Of a stretch of DNA of 64,000 nt, positions 30,962 through 40,741 are shown one piece after another. How positions within the stretch are numbered: the first letter of the stretch is position 1; each line of letters starts with the position of its first letter. Origin of the DNA: a virus. Taxonomy: Duplodnaviria; Caudoviricetes. Where the stretch lies: positions 79,526 through 143,525 of IMG/VR virus record IMGVR_UViG_3300014204_000002; one strand, given 5' to 3'. A program made the translations under genes and the position numbers. The notes beneath the pieces are model-generated. The model made no database searches, was not told the origin of the DNA, and worked only from the letters and a program-made list of their open reading frames with translations.

Positions 30962-31696
30962 ATGTCAGCGAGATCAGTTAATAGAGTACTTGAAAGTGCT
31001 CTATATTTAATGGAATATGTAAAGTTCCAAAGAGACGATGGTATTTATTATGCCTTTTATCATCCAAGAGATATAAAGATACAAAAACTTGAATTAAGAC
31101 CTGATGCACCCGAAGAGTACATTAATTACATGCTTGGTATTAATTACAGTGTCTCATGCGATGATAAACATCTTTTTCCGGGCATTAGAGACGTTTCAAT
31201 GTTAGACACTACTATTAAAACAGATCCACTGGTATACGTTAGGGATGATGGATCCTATGTTAAATATGTAGTACGAGAAGAGTTAAAATCTGCATTACGT
31301 CAAAAATTTGGTGTTAAGCCTCTGAAACCATCTGAAGAATTCGGGTCAATGAAGACATTATTGGGTATTGCTGATCCAGAAGCGGCAGTAGAATTAAACA
31401 CTAATGTTACTGCCAAAAACAAAAAACCTGAATCATTAGAGCAATTCCTAAAAAGAACTAAGAAAGTTACTCGTCACTGCCTTAAATTAGACTGCAACGA
31501 AAAGATATCCGTTTATAGATCTGATATGAGAAAGGGAAGAGGCTTATTTTGTTGTACCAATCATTCTAACGAATATAAGTCATGGGACAGAGTAATTAAC
31601 ATCTGCAAAACGTGTAAATTAGAATACTCATCGTTACAGGAGGAAGATTTTTGCTGTGATGAATGCGCCGAATATTGGTGTGTAAACAATGGATGA
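30962..31696 (+). CDS. Hypothetical protein with C-terminal Cys-rich Zn-binding domains
   Basis: CLKLDC...KGRGLFCCTNH...CKTC...CCDEC; leaderless after TTATAAATA. Confidence 0.7.
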   Translation: MSARSVNRVLESALYLMEYVKFQRDDGIYYAFYHPRDIKIQKLELRPDAPEEYINYMLGINYSVSCDDKHLFPGIRDVSMLDTTIKTDPLVYVRDDGSYVKYVVREELKSALRQKFGVKPLKPSEEFGSMKTLLGIADPEAAVELNTNVTAKNKKPESLEQFLKRTKKVTRHCLKLDCNEKISVYRSDMRKGRGLFCCTNHSNEYKSWDRVINICKTCKLEYSSLQEEDFCCDECAEYWCVNNG

Positions 31697-32039
31697 TATA
31701 ACAAGAGAAGAAAGAAAAGACAGCAATAAGATAATTATTGACGATCCATCATTACTTGACGAGGATAGTGTTTTGCCTATCGGTGCTGGTGGATGGACTA
31801 TGGTTTATAAAGTATCTAAATCAGAAGTAGGCGATAAGATAACCTACACTATATTTACAAAGGTAAAACGTAAAATGGTTGCGCGATCTTTTCTATATAC
31901 AAAACGTCAATTAGAACACATGACACAAGAGCCTATATTTTTAGGCAATAATAGGGGAGATATTCGTATTTATGTCTTTTATAATGCAGCGTTACATAGT
32001 CATAGCACAACTCACTATGCGTACAATTTTCTAAAATAA
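31689..32039 (+). CDS. Hypothetical protein
   Basis: Coupled to the previous ORF. Confidence 0.55.
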   Translation: MDDITREERKDSNKIIIDDPSLLDEDSVLPIGAGGWTMVYKVSKSEVGDKITYTIFTKVKRKMVARSFLYTKRQLEHMTQEPIFLGNNRGDIRIYVFYNAALHSHSTTHYAYNFLK

Positions 32040-32095
32040 ATTATACATATTTTCCAATATGAAAACCGACCCCCTTTATGTTTTTTTATCTATAT

Positions 32096-32319
32096 TTTTC
32101 GTTCTGACAAATTTTTAAAAAATTAGAGTATTATTTATCTCTTAAATACAAAAATAACTTCTATAATCCATTATTTTCATAACGAAACCCATCAAATATT
32201 TTCGTTCTGACATTTTAATACACAAATTAAAAGAGCCACATACCACCAACTAAATTAAAAGATAACTTCAATACTCCCTTATTTCAAAGCGAAAACCAAA
32301 ATAGTAACTTTCACTCTGA
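32096..32319. repeat. Second iteron-like cluster TTTTC(G/A)(T/C)T(C/T)TGA
   Basis: Copies at 32096, 32199 and 32308 (+) and at 32284 (-); same motif as the 18.9-kb cluster. Confidence 0.6.
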
Positions 32320-32811
32320 CATTTGAAAGAGCGCGAAGACCATGTAAAATTATTAGGAGGTGCCGCATACAAAAACGAAGGAGAATCACTAAAAGAGCAT
32401 ATGGTTAGGTCGGTCTGGTAAGGATATTTTGGAATTTTCTTCCATGTTGTAAGGTTGATCTTTATAGTATATAAACTTATGCACATTTTCTCCAAAAATA
32501 CATACCTTTAAATACTTAATCATTAATCCTGTTAGTAAATTCGATCATGATCATAAATTCATAACACGATTAATTATCTAATATATAAAGATAACTCACC
32601 TCCTTAAACAAGGCATTAAAAGAAAAACAACTCAATTAAAAACGTCTAAAATTTGCAATCCAAATCTTTATATAGTAGATATTTAATCCTATTAGAACGA
32701 AAAATAGCATCAAAATTTTCTAACAGGATTAAGCCTCTAATATATAAGTCTATCCATGGGTCACAAACAAGAGCGTAAAAGTAAAACAAACCTCGTATAT
32801 CATCTCAATTT

Positions 32812-33195
32812 TTGACCAATACATTTATATACTCAAAATATAAACCTATTAGAATGAATCGAAAATGTAGATCGTGTCTGGAAGAAAAGGATGAATCAAA
32901 GTTTTACAAATACAATTTAAAGCACGATAAGAACCCAATATGTAAAGAATGTGTGAGAAAATACCAAAACGATTATTATTGCCGTAAAAAGTTGGGTCTA
33001 ATAGCAAAGGAATATCTTAACCCATATACCAATAACAATCAAATATGGTGTGATTGTTGCAACATAGCGAAAGATAAAACCCAATTCTTGAAATCAGATA
33101 TCAACATATCGTTATTTGTCTGTAAAGAATGTAAAGCAATAATTAAACGAGATCAGATAAACAATCTAATACTTGATCACTTCGATGAATCATAA
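32812..33195 (+). CDS. Zn-finger protein (start probably 32854)
   Basis: Two CxxC...F...CKEC repeats, like those N-terminal to HNH/EndoVII nucleases. Confidence 0.6.
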   Translation: MTNTFIYSKYKPIRMNRKCRSCLEEKDESKFYKYNLKHDKNPICKECVRKYQNDYYCRKKLGLIAKEYLNPYTNNNQIWCDCCNIAKDKTQFLKSDINISLFVCKECKAIIKRDQINNLILDHFDES

Positions 33196-33387
33196 GATAA
33201 TCTATCAATATCATATTACGCGATATGCAAAATTCCACTATCTTTTACATCAATTTATAAATGCTCAATATCATACTGACGAATTATCCGAAGAGTATAA
33301 ATATCTGGACGATCAATCATTATTCATGCAAGGGATGACACCTCACAAGAGGGATGAAACCTTGCTAAAGAACGAATGCTAAATATC

Positions 33388-33655
33388 TCTACGGTTTGAA
33401 TGCTCCTTGGTTCCTTCAATAAAGCCAAGTCAAATCGGGGTGTAAATTTCTCTTCGTGAAATTCACGTAAGAAGGATTTAAACTGAAGTAAGCCCTGTTA
33501 TCATTGTGAATAACAGAAATGTAGGACGCAAGTTTATAGATGAGCCATGTAATGTGATCATGAGAAGTTCAGGATATCAAAACAGAGTATGAAGCATTAC
33601 ATGAGAACAACTATTACAACTGGTTAGAGGGTTCGCGTATCCCGAAAACCAGTAT
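33388..33655 (+). ncRNA. Candidate structured non-coding RNA
   Basis: Intergenic, with many helices (cggtttga/tcaaatcg, cttggtt/agccaag, cgtgaa/ttcacg, ctgttat/ataacag, catgtaatg/cattacatg, actggtt/aaccagt); strand inferred from G-U pairs. Confidence 0.45.
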
Positions 33656-33699
33656 CTGGAAACCGCCATTAAGAATCTAACAGGAGAAATGAAACAAAA

Positions 33700-34035
33700 A
33701 TGAGATCAAAAAGAGAACGACTTGAAATGAACGATAACATGATGACCATTGTACACAAGATGAGTGAGGGAAATCCTGGTGCAGTGTCAGTAATGTCTCT
33801 AATCATAGCCCGAGATCAAACAACTGCATTCATGACGTTACTGGATCTTGATGATATGAACATCCGGGGATCCCAAATCTGGATCGGTTACAAAGATCAT
33901 TGCCACGAAGATCTTAACAAGTTTACAGAACTGGTCAACGCAAGAGATCAGGCACTCGTATCATGCATCAATAAGGAATCAGCCCGAGAAGGAATAACTG
34001 AACGCTGTGTAACTCACGGAGCAAGTTTCAAGTAA
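33700..34035 (+). CDS. Hypothetical phage protein (MSEGNPGA motif)
   Basis: KMSEGNPGA...LDDMNIRGSQIW pattern; GGAG RBS. Confidence 0.65.
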   Translation: MRSKRERLEMNDNMMTIVHKMSEGNPGAVSVMSLIIARDQTTAFMTLLDLDDMNIRGSQIWIGYKDHCHEDLNKFTELVNARDQALVSCINKESAREGITERCVTHGASFK

Positions 34036-34059
34036 AGCATACAGGAGCAATGATAAACA

Positions 34060-35016
34060 ATGACAAAATTTAACCATGCATATCACAATGAAAATGACCT
34101 TGTAGCGTTTGATGATTTCGCAGATCAGATCCAAGGTATGCCAAGAGCGATTATTAAGCCCCTCTACTTCAATGAACAGATAATCAATGAAGACACCGGA
34201 TTGTCAGAGTTGAAGCCCTCACGTTTTAATGCGGTGCTATCAGAAGACGAAACTGTTCAGTATAACGCAGTAACCAAAAATTACAAGCTTGCCCAGCATT
34301 CCGATGTAATGTACCAGGTGCTTAACACAATTCAGGCAACCGGAATAGACGGTAACGCACGTTTGAAGTCGTTCGGGAGCCGGGCATACATGGATATGGT
34401 TTTCTCAAATATGCAGATCGCAGATCCTACCGGTACTGATATCTCACTCGGTTACACGGTGCGAAACAGTTACGATTCTACCGGCGCAATTAACCTCTTT
34501 CCCTTCGCAATCAGAAGAATTTGCTCAAATGGGCAGATTATGAGACTTACACCCGATCTTCACTTGAATGTTATCAGCATCAAGCACATGGGAGACATCG
34601 AGTTAAAGGTCAGAGAAGGCATGAAAACACTCATCGAGAACACCATGCGAGTTCAGAATGTCTTTGTTACCATGATTGATCGGGCAAACAACAACGTCAT
34701 TGAATTCCAAGGCAATGAACTTGAGTTAACCATGGCCGAATATTCAGGCTCAAGATTTAGCGCCCGTAAGATCATCGACAGTAGCAAACTTCCCCTATCA
34801 GGCGAGATCAGTCAGTGGCAAATTGTTAACGCCATGACTCAATACGCCTCATGGAATGCATCATCCGGGTCTTCCTACGAACGCATTGAAACAGGAGCCG
34901 AAAAGATGTTCAACCTCAAACCTGATGAATTGAACAGCATCAAGAAGGCAGCCATTGAAGCAGAAGAAAAACGCCTTGCAAAACAGGTACTTGTCACTGC
35001 ACCACTAACCATTTAA
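34060..35016 (+). CDS. DUF932/DUF945-family phage/plasmid protein
   Basis: VTKNYKLAQH, RNSYDSTG...RRICSNG and WQIVNAMTQYA motifs. Confidence 0.8.
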   Translation: MTKFNHAYHNENDLVAFDDFADQIQGMPRAIIKPLYFNEQIINEDTGLSELKPSRFNAVLSEDETVQYNAVTKNYKLAQHSDVMYQVLNTIQATGIDGNARLKSFGSRAYMDMVFSNMQIADPTGTDISLGYTVRNSYDSTGAINLFPFAIRRICSNGQIMRLTPDLHLNVISIKHMGDIELKVREGMKTLIENTMRVQNVFVTMIDRANNNVIEFQGNELELTMAEYSGSRFSARKIIDSSKLPLSGEISQWQIVNAMTQYASWNASSGSSYERIETGAEKMFNLKPDELNSIKKAAIEAEEKRLAKQVLVTAPLTI

Positions 35017-35969
35017 CCCATTTTTGCAGGTGAAGTATCAACAGGAGACGATAACTAAAATGATGATCGGTAAACAAATCAAAACAACGAAGCAGAATAG
35101 CCGAAGATACCAAAACATGGCATGGCGAAACAGAGATCATAATCTAACAATTTTGAAGTAGTGTTAAATGAGTTATCAATACTATGACTAAAACTTTTGT
35201 TGCTGAAATTTGCTTTATTAGCAACGACAAGAACGATTCAGAAGCACGATCACGATTGTATCGAATTATTAACAATCCAGAAAACAATCTGGTTAGTGCA
35301 TCAATTGAAGATCTCTACGAAATTGAAAACGAGTAAACAAAATGACAAAATTCAATGAAGAAGCAAGCAAAACCTTCTACTATGACGAAAAGCCATCTCT
35401 TCAAATTAAAGGTGACTACATTTACGCTTTTAACGAACTTGGAACCAGAGCATTGAGCATCGCAGAAATAGAGGCTCACATCCTCCACTCAGGTGATATC
35501 ATCGAGGATTAAACAATGGTACACTATTCACAAGAGCCTCATTTGTGTCCTTGGTGCAAGGCAGGTGACTTTAAACCTGTACCAAATGAACAGAAGATCG
35601 TCCAAGGCATAGTATATCAAATCTGGAAATGTGACAACCTAACATGTAAGTATACCACAATGGCACGAGAACATGTACTACAACAGCATTAAGACTAATT
35701 TCAAGTGGCTACCCATGTCTTCACGATTGATGCAAATGTCAATTCAGGCCATGGTAAATCACAATCACCTACGCCACATACATCAGTATGGCAACGTCTA
35801 TGAAATAACATTCATAAACATCAAATCAGAACAACTCTACACCTGCTACATAAAACATTGTGGCAACGAATTAACAAGGTATCTAATCAACCGACCACAA
35901 TTCCGGGTAATTGAAAGTAATCTCATCACGAACATCGCAAACAAATACGATAACAACCAGTGATATAAA

Positions 35970-36530
35970 ATGAGAACTATTACAAAAGAAGAATTACAGG
36001 AAATTATAAAACTGCATAAACTGTACTTTATAGGAAATCCTACTGGAGTACGTGCATATCTAAGTAATGCAGATCTAAGATATGCAGATCTAAGATATGC
36101 AAATCTAAGTAATGCATATCTAAGTAATGCAGATCTAAGATATGCAGATCTAAGATATGTAAAAAATATTTCCAATTACGTAGAAAGCACGACTTCTATT
36201 CTTCCAGAGGGTACAATTATAGGATATAAGAAGGCGTGTATTAAAAATTCTAATAAGAGGTGCATAGTAAAAATTAAGATCCCGGATTATGCTACAAGAA
36301 GTAATGCTACTGGTCGCAAATGTCGATGTAATGAATGTATGGTGCTTGACATAACAGGCATAGATTGCAATATCCAAGATAGGGATATCATAGTATCATC
36401 ACATGATCATGATTTCATATATAAGATCGGAGAAACACTCAAAATAGATGATTTCGATCTAAACAGATGGGATGAATGTAGCACAGGGATACACTTCTTT
36501 ATAACTAAAAAAGAGGCTCTTGACTATTAA
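35970..36530 (+). CDS. Pentapeptide-repeat protein with DUF5758-like C-terminus
   Basis: A(D/N/Y)LxY/N repeats (15-nt DNA repeats at 36053-36160), then IGYKKA...RKCRC...ECSTGIHFF. Confidence 0.85.
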   Translation: MRTITKEELQEIIKLHKLYFIGNPTGVRAYLSNADLRYADLRYANLSNAYLSNADLRYADLRYVKNISNYVESTTSILPEGTIIGYKKACIKNSNKRCIVKIKIPDYATRSNATGRKCRCNECMVLDITGIDCNIQDRDIIVSSHDHDFIYKIGETLKIDDFDLNRWDECSTGIHFFITKKEALDY

Positions 36531-37009
36531 ATTTTTAAAGGAGATTTCAAAAGTGAAACTAACCAACAGAGAACAAATAGTCTACGATGACATTATTGCC
36601 CTATCAGAGTTAACCGACGATCAGACCGTAAAGATTGCTCACATATCGGTCCTTACATCAATTAAGGGAAGAACTCTTTCAGGCATCATCAGTTCCCTCC
36701 AGAGACGAAATTTAATTAGTACAGATGGCACTATCATTAAATTAACACAGGTGATACAAAATGAAATTTGAACCAGATCACGATAAAAAGATCAGCATAA
36801 CCTTGATCAATAAGAGACTGAACTTCTACGCACAACCTGAATATGACATAAAAATTCGGGTAAAAATAAATGGCACAAATGAAGTAAAGGCCATAACGTT
36901 GCCAGATTATGTTACCAAGACGCCTAAATTCAGAGCAACAACAGAAGCCGCAAACCTGATAACAAACATCGAATCCAAAACCCGCCTCATGCTCCGAAGA
37001 TGATAAATC

Positions 37010-37339
37010 ATGACATCAATAAAACTTAATCCTATTCCCGATGATTACTTTGAACACTGTAAACAAAAATATGGAGAAGGTACACAATATGTCATCTTAC
37101 ATGAAGAATTATCCGAGTTATCAATTGCATGTAATGAACTCCAAAAACTTACATGTAAAATTATCAGAGGATTAGAAGATAAAAGAAATACAGCAACAGA
37201 TGTAGGAAATGCAGTTGATCATATTTATGAAGAAATTGCAGATGTGAGAATCATGCTTGAGCAATTTATTTATACAAAGCAGATAGAGTTCTACATCAAT
37301 GACTACACAAAACAAAAACTCGCAAGAGAAGGTTTTTAA
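37010..37339 (+). CDS. MazG-like NTP pyrophosphohydrolase
   Basis: EELSEL...EEIADVRIMLEQ. Confidence 0.7.
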   Translation: MTSIKLNPIPDDYFEHCKQKYGEGTQYVILHEELSELSIACNELQKLTCKIIRGLEDKRNTATDVGNAVDHIYEEIADVRIMLEQFIYTKQIEFYINDYTKQKLAREGF

Positions 37340-37342
37340 ATT

Positions 37343-37783
37343 ATGACTAACGATTTAGAATGGATGGATGTCATTGCAGGAGGACTGGTTGCATTATTAA
37401 TAATATTTCTAATCGCTTGCATAGCGGCATTCATAGCATGGGTAACACCAGTAGAGACCATAGAAATCACCGATCCTAATATCCAAATGAAGAACATCTA
37501 CAAAACTTATACCGATAGATTTGGCAGGCACGAAAGTTTCACCGACACCTATTTCATTGAAGATATAACAACACATCGAGTATTCAAAACAATAGATCTT
37601 CACAAAGCAAACAAACTCCGATCAGGCACTCACTCAATCGAAATAAACATACATGATGAGATATTACAAGTATACAACGTACCTGAAAAAATCTTGACAC
37701 TCAACTTAACAAATCATATCAAAGTATCATTCAACTTTGACAGACTACGATTTAAGTGGAACATCTATGGAGCAACGATCTAA
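37343..37783 (+). CDS. Membrane-anchored hypothetical protein
   Basis: N-terminal transmembrane helix. Confidence 0.55.
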   Translation: MTNDLEWMDVIAGGLVALLIIFLIACIAAFIAWVTPVETIEITDPNIQMKNIYKTYTDRFGRHESFTDTYFIEDITTHRVFKTIDLHKANKLRSGTHSIEINIHDEILQVYNVPEKILTLNLTNHIKVSFNFDRLRFKWNIYGATI

Positions 37784-38454
37784 TGAAACTACACAGAGCA
37801 GAAAACGTATTGAAACTATTTGCAACCGGAAAAATCGAGAAAGTAAATTATGAGTATGAGTATCGTGATTGTAGTTGTCATTTAAGACAGTGGTTTAGAA
37901 ACATCTACACATTTACTCAAATCAATGGTCCGGTATCACTAACTCACACGTATTGCAATCGCAAAATCAAACTGAAACTCGAAGAAGAGGAGAATCCAGA
38001 TTGTAAGTTTTACGATGTTGAATATATGATGTTCAACGATTACGGCGATGATAACTTCGATCCAGAATCCGAATTCTACAAGAGAGTATTTGATTACAAT
38101 GGAGTTGGAATACCTGCCACAATCATCATTGATCAAGACTGCAAACTGTATATTGCATCTATTTACAAACTGAAAACAGATTATGGCTACACACTGGACT
38201 TGCAATACTTCTGTGATATTCCGAAAAACATCTACGATAAAATCTGGAATGGTGAAATAAATCACAAACGGCCATATCAGATTGTAATCAACAATTATCA
38301 CATCACAGGATTTCTAACGAACTACATTGGATTCAGAGATCTACATAAAAGCATAGAAATAAAAATTAGAAACCAAGACAACGAATACTATGTGTTTACA
38401 GTAGAAGGATATCGATATACAGAATTGACACGAAATGACGCGAGATTAACATGA
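37756..38454 (+). CDS. Hypothetical protein (start probably 37783)
   Basis: Long ORF in an operon. Confidence 0.55.
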   Translation: MEHLWSNDLMKLHRAENVLKLFATGKIEKVNYEYEYRDCSCHLRQWFRNIYTFTQINGPVSLTHTYCNRKIKLKLEEEENPDCKFYDVEYMMFNDYGDDNFDPESEFYKRVFDYNGVGIPATIIIDQDCKLYIASIYKLKTDYGYTLDLQYFCDIPKNIYDKIWNGEINHKRPYQIVINNYHITGFLTNYIGFRDLHKSIEIKIRNQDNEYYVFTVEGYRYTELTRNDARLT

Positions 38455-38585
38455 CCGAAGTAACACATGATCGACTTGTACCAAGATTGTATCTCATTAG
38501 AGGTCTTCCCGGTGTAACTAAGTTGCTTGGATCAGGAATAAATATTAATAAAACAATGTATATATGTGATAGGAAAAGATTCTAA
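38451..38585 (+). pseudogene. N-terminal remnant of a P-loop kinase gene
   Basis: MTEVTHDRLVPRLYLIRGLPG(VTKLL)GSG...* duplicates the start of 39612 (PRLYLIRGLVGSGKT). Confidence 0.7.
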
Positions 38586-39615
38586 TTTATTAATGTTTAA
38601 TGGATCAATTAAACAGATTTGCGATATTAAAACAGGTGATGTATTAATGGGAATAAATAACAATCCTGCAATAGTTAGATATAATATATTAACAAGTGCG
38701 GAAATGTATAAAATTAGTCCCGTTAAAGGAGATCCATTCAATTTGTCAATATCACATTGTTTATACGGGAAAAGAAAAGTTAGCATAATTGAAAGAGACA
38801 TATTTTTAAATCTAAAGACATATTTAGAGTCAGATAGAATGGCATTTAAAGAGCGATTAAAACTATGTAGATCTACTGCTGTAGAATTTAACACCAATGA
38901 TACTTTATTAATTGAGCCATATTTTCTTGGAATATGGCTTGGTGATGGGGATTCTAGTTCTCAAAAAATTACAAACCCAGACAATGAAATTATTGAATAC
39001 CTAACATATTATGCGAGTTCTATGCATATGAAAATTGCAAATTACACACCATTAAAAACAGCATCTGCATTATGCATTAGCAATGGCAAAATAGGAACTC
39101 CATTTAATAACAGTCTGTTAAATAATATGCGATATTATAATCTTATTAATAATAAGCACATACCAGATTGTTATTTACTATCATCAATTGAAAATAGATT
39201 AATGTTATTGGCAGGATTATTAGATTCTGACGGCCATCTACATGCCAACGGAGGATATGAAATCACATTTAAATCGAAGCATTTAATGAATCAAACAAGG
39301 TTTTTAATAAAATCTCTTGGGATAGCAGCCTACACATCTGATAAAATTGCAACCTGTCAAACAGCAAATGGAAAGTTCAAGGGATTGTATTATAGAACAT
39401 CTATATCAGGAAACCTTGATGTTATTCCATGTAAAGTCAAGCGAAAACAAGCACAAGAAAGAAACCAAGTCAAAAACGTTTTAAGAACGGGATTTTCAGT
39501 AGATAAAATTGGATATGATAATTGCTATAATATTATGGTTGATAATAACTTTATCATACTTGATAATTTCACGATAATATGCGACTCTTCAATAATAGGA
39601 GACTGTATTATATGA
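38566..39615 (+). CDS. Intein-derived (Hint + LAGLIDADG) free-standing homing endonuclease
   Basis: Intein-like ends (LMFNGSIKQICDIKTGDVLMG; LRTGFSVDKIG...YNIMVD...DNFTII) and PYFLGIWLGDG/LLAGLLDSDG, but no Cys1 and no terminal His-Asn. Confidence 0.85.
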   Translation: MIGKDSNLLMFNGSIKQICDIKTGDVLMGINNNPAIVRYNILTSAEMYKISPVKGDPFNLSISHCLYGKRKVSIIERDIFLNLKTYLESDRMAFKERLKLCRSTAVEFNTNDTLLIEPYFLGIWLGDGDSSSQKITNPDNEIIEYLTYYASSMHMKIANYTPLKTASALCISNGKIGTPFNNSLLNNMRYYNLINNKHIPDCYLLSSIENRLMLLAGLLDSDGHLHANGGYEITFKSKHLMNQTRFLIKSLGIAAYTSDKIATCQTANGKFKGLYYRTSISGNLDVIPCKVKRKQAQERNQVKNVLRTGFSVDKIGYDNCYNIMVDNNFIILDNFTIICDSSIIGDCII

Positions 39616-40424
39616 CAGTAAGAAATTCACCAAGATTATATTTAATCAGGGGTTTAGTAGGATCTGGAAAAACAACGTATGCAAACACATTAGGTTGTAT
39701 TACAATTGCGCCATCTGATATGATGAGTTATAGAGGAGGTCAGTATAATTGGATAAAAACTAATTATATGATATCAAAAATCCATTTTAGAAAAATAGTA
39801 AGAGATCTCATGGCTCTGCAAATTGATATTTGTATAACCGAACTCTTATTAGAAAAAAGATTTATCGATTTTTGGCTAAAAGAAGCAAAAGACAATTATT
39901 ATGAAGTGCGCATTGGTACCCTATTGACCGATCTTAACACAAGCAAATCTCGAAACATTCATAATGTAAATAAAACGTCTATTGCAGAAATTCACGAGCA
40001 AATGGACTATGGTATTCCAGATCAAATAATTGATTATAGCGAAGGAGAGTGGGATAAATCAAGCACAAACAAATTTAGGTCTCCTAATTTTGTTCCTAAT
40101 GAGGAGAATCATTATGGGCTATCATCAAATGATATAATTGGTAACGAGATTAAAAAATTGATATCTGATAACCAACTGGAAAAAGCAATTCAACTGCATA
40201 TCGATATGAGTAATTATTTAGGAGCAAATGTGACAACCGACAAATCTGTTGCGCAAATCGTAGTAATCAACGACGAAACGTACATAAATAAAAGTTCATT
40301 GCTTCGGATCATGGCACACTTTAAGACTGCCATCAAAGAAGCAAATGAAACGGCACCAGAAAAACGCAAGATTATCGTCTACACTCTTGAATCAGTAGAA
40401 GACATAATCAAGAAAGTTAATTAG
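39612..40424 (+). CDS. P-loop kinase (AAA_33/PNK-like)
   Basis: LYLIRGLVGSGKTT and RNIHNV; ATGA overlap with the endonuclease gene; the C-terminal ~65 aa may be a fused separate gene. Confidence 0.75.
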   Translation: MTVRNSPRLYLIRGLVGSGKTTYANTLGCITIAPSDMMSYRGGQYNWIKTNYMISKIHFRKIVRDLMALQIDICITELLLEKRFIDFWLKEAKDNYYEVRIGTLLTDLNTSKSRNIHNVNKTSIAEIHEQMDYGIPDQIIDYSEGEWDKSSTNKFRSPNFVPNEENHYGLSSNDIIGNEIKKLISDNQLEKAIQLHIDMSNYLGANVTTDKSVAQIVVINDETYINKSSLLRIMAHFKTAIKEANETAPEKRKIIVYTLESVEDIIKKVN

Positions 40425-40441
40425 AGGAGACAGCAAACACC

Positions 40442-40741
40442 ATGACATACATTGTCGTTATTGGAGATCCAGCATCAGGCAAGACTCATTTAGTGCAACA
40501 ATTAATGAGCCAGTCTGACAAACTTTACGAAGACATTCAATCAGCACAAGACATACAAAAAATAATTAGGTATCATGAAGGTAACAATGAACTCATTAGA
40601 TGGCTCATTATAGACACCACAAAACCAGATTACAAAAATGGCCTCATAGACATAGAGATTGGAAACTTGCCCGGCAAAGTAGCAATTTTGAACATTATCA
40701 AACCTTGCATGAGGAATCAATGTTACCAAAGAACGTATTAG
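40442..40741 (+). CDS. Small P-loop protein
   Basis: IVVIGDPASGKT; GGAG RBS. Confidence 0.55.
   Translation: MTYIVVIGDPASGKTHLVQQLMSQSDKLYEDIQSAQDIQKIIRYHEGNNELIRWLIIDTTKPDYKNGLIDIEIGNLPGKVAILNIIKPCMRNQCYQRTY

Noticed and set aside
35846-36175. Repetitive minus-strand ORF (LRSAYLRSALLRY)
   Set aside because: Antisense shadow of the pentapeptide repeats.
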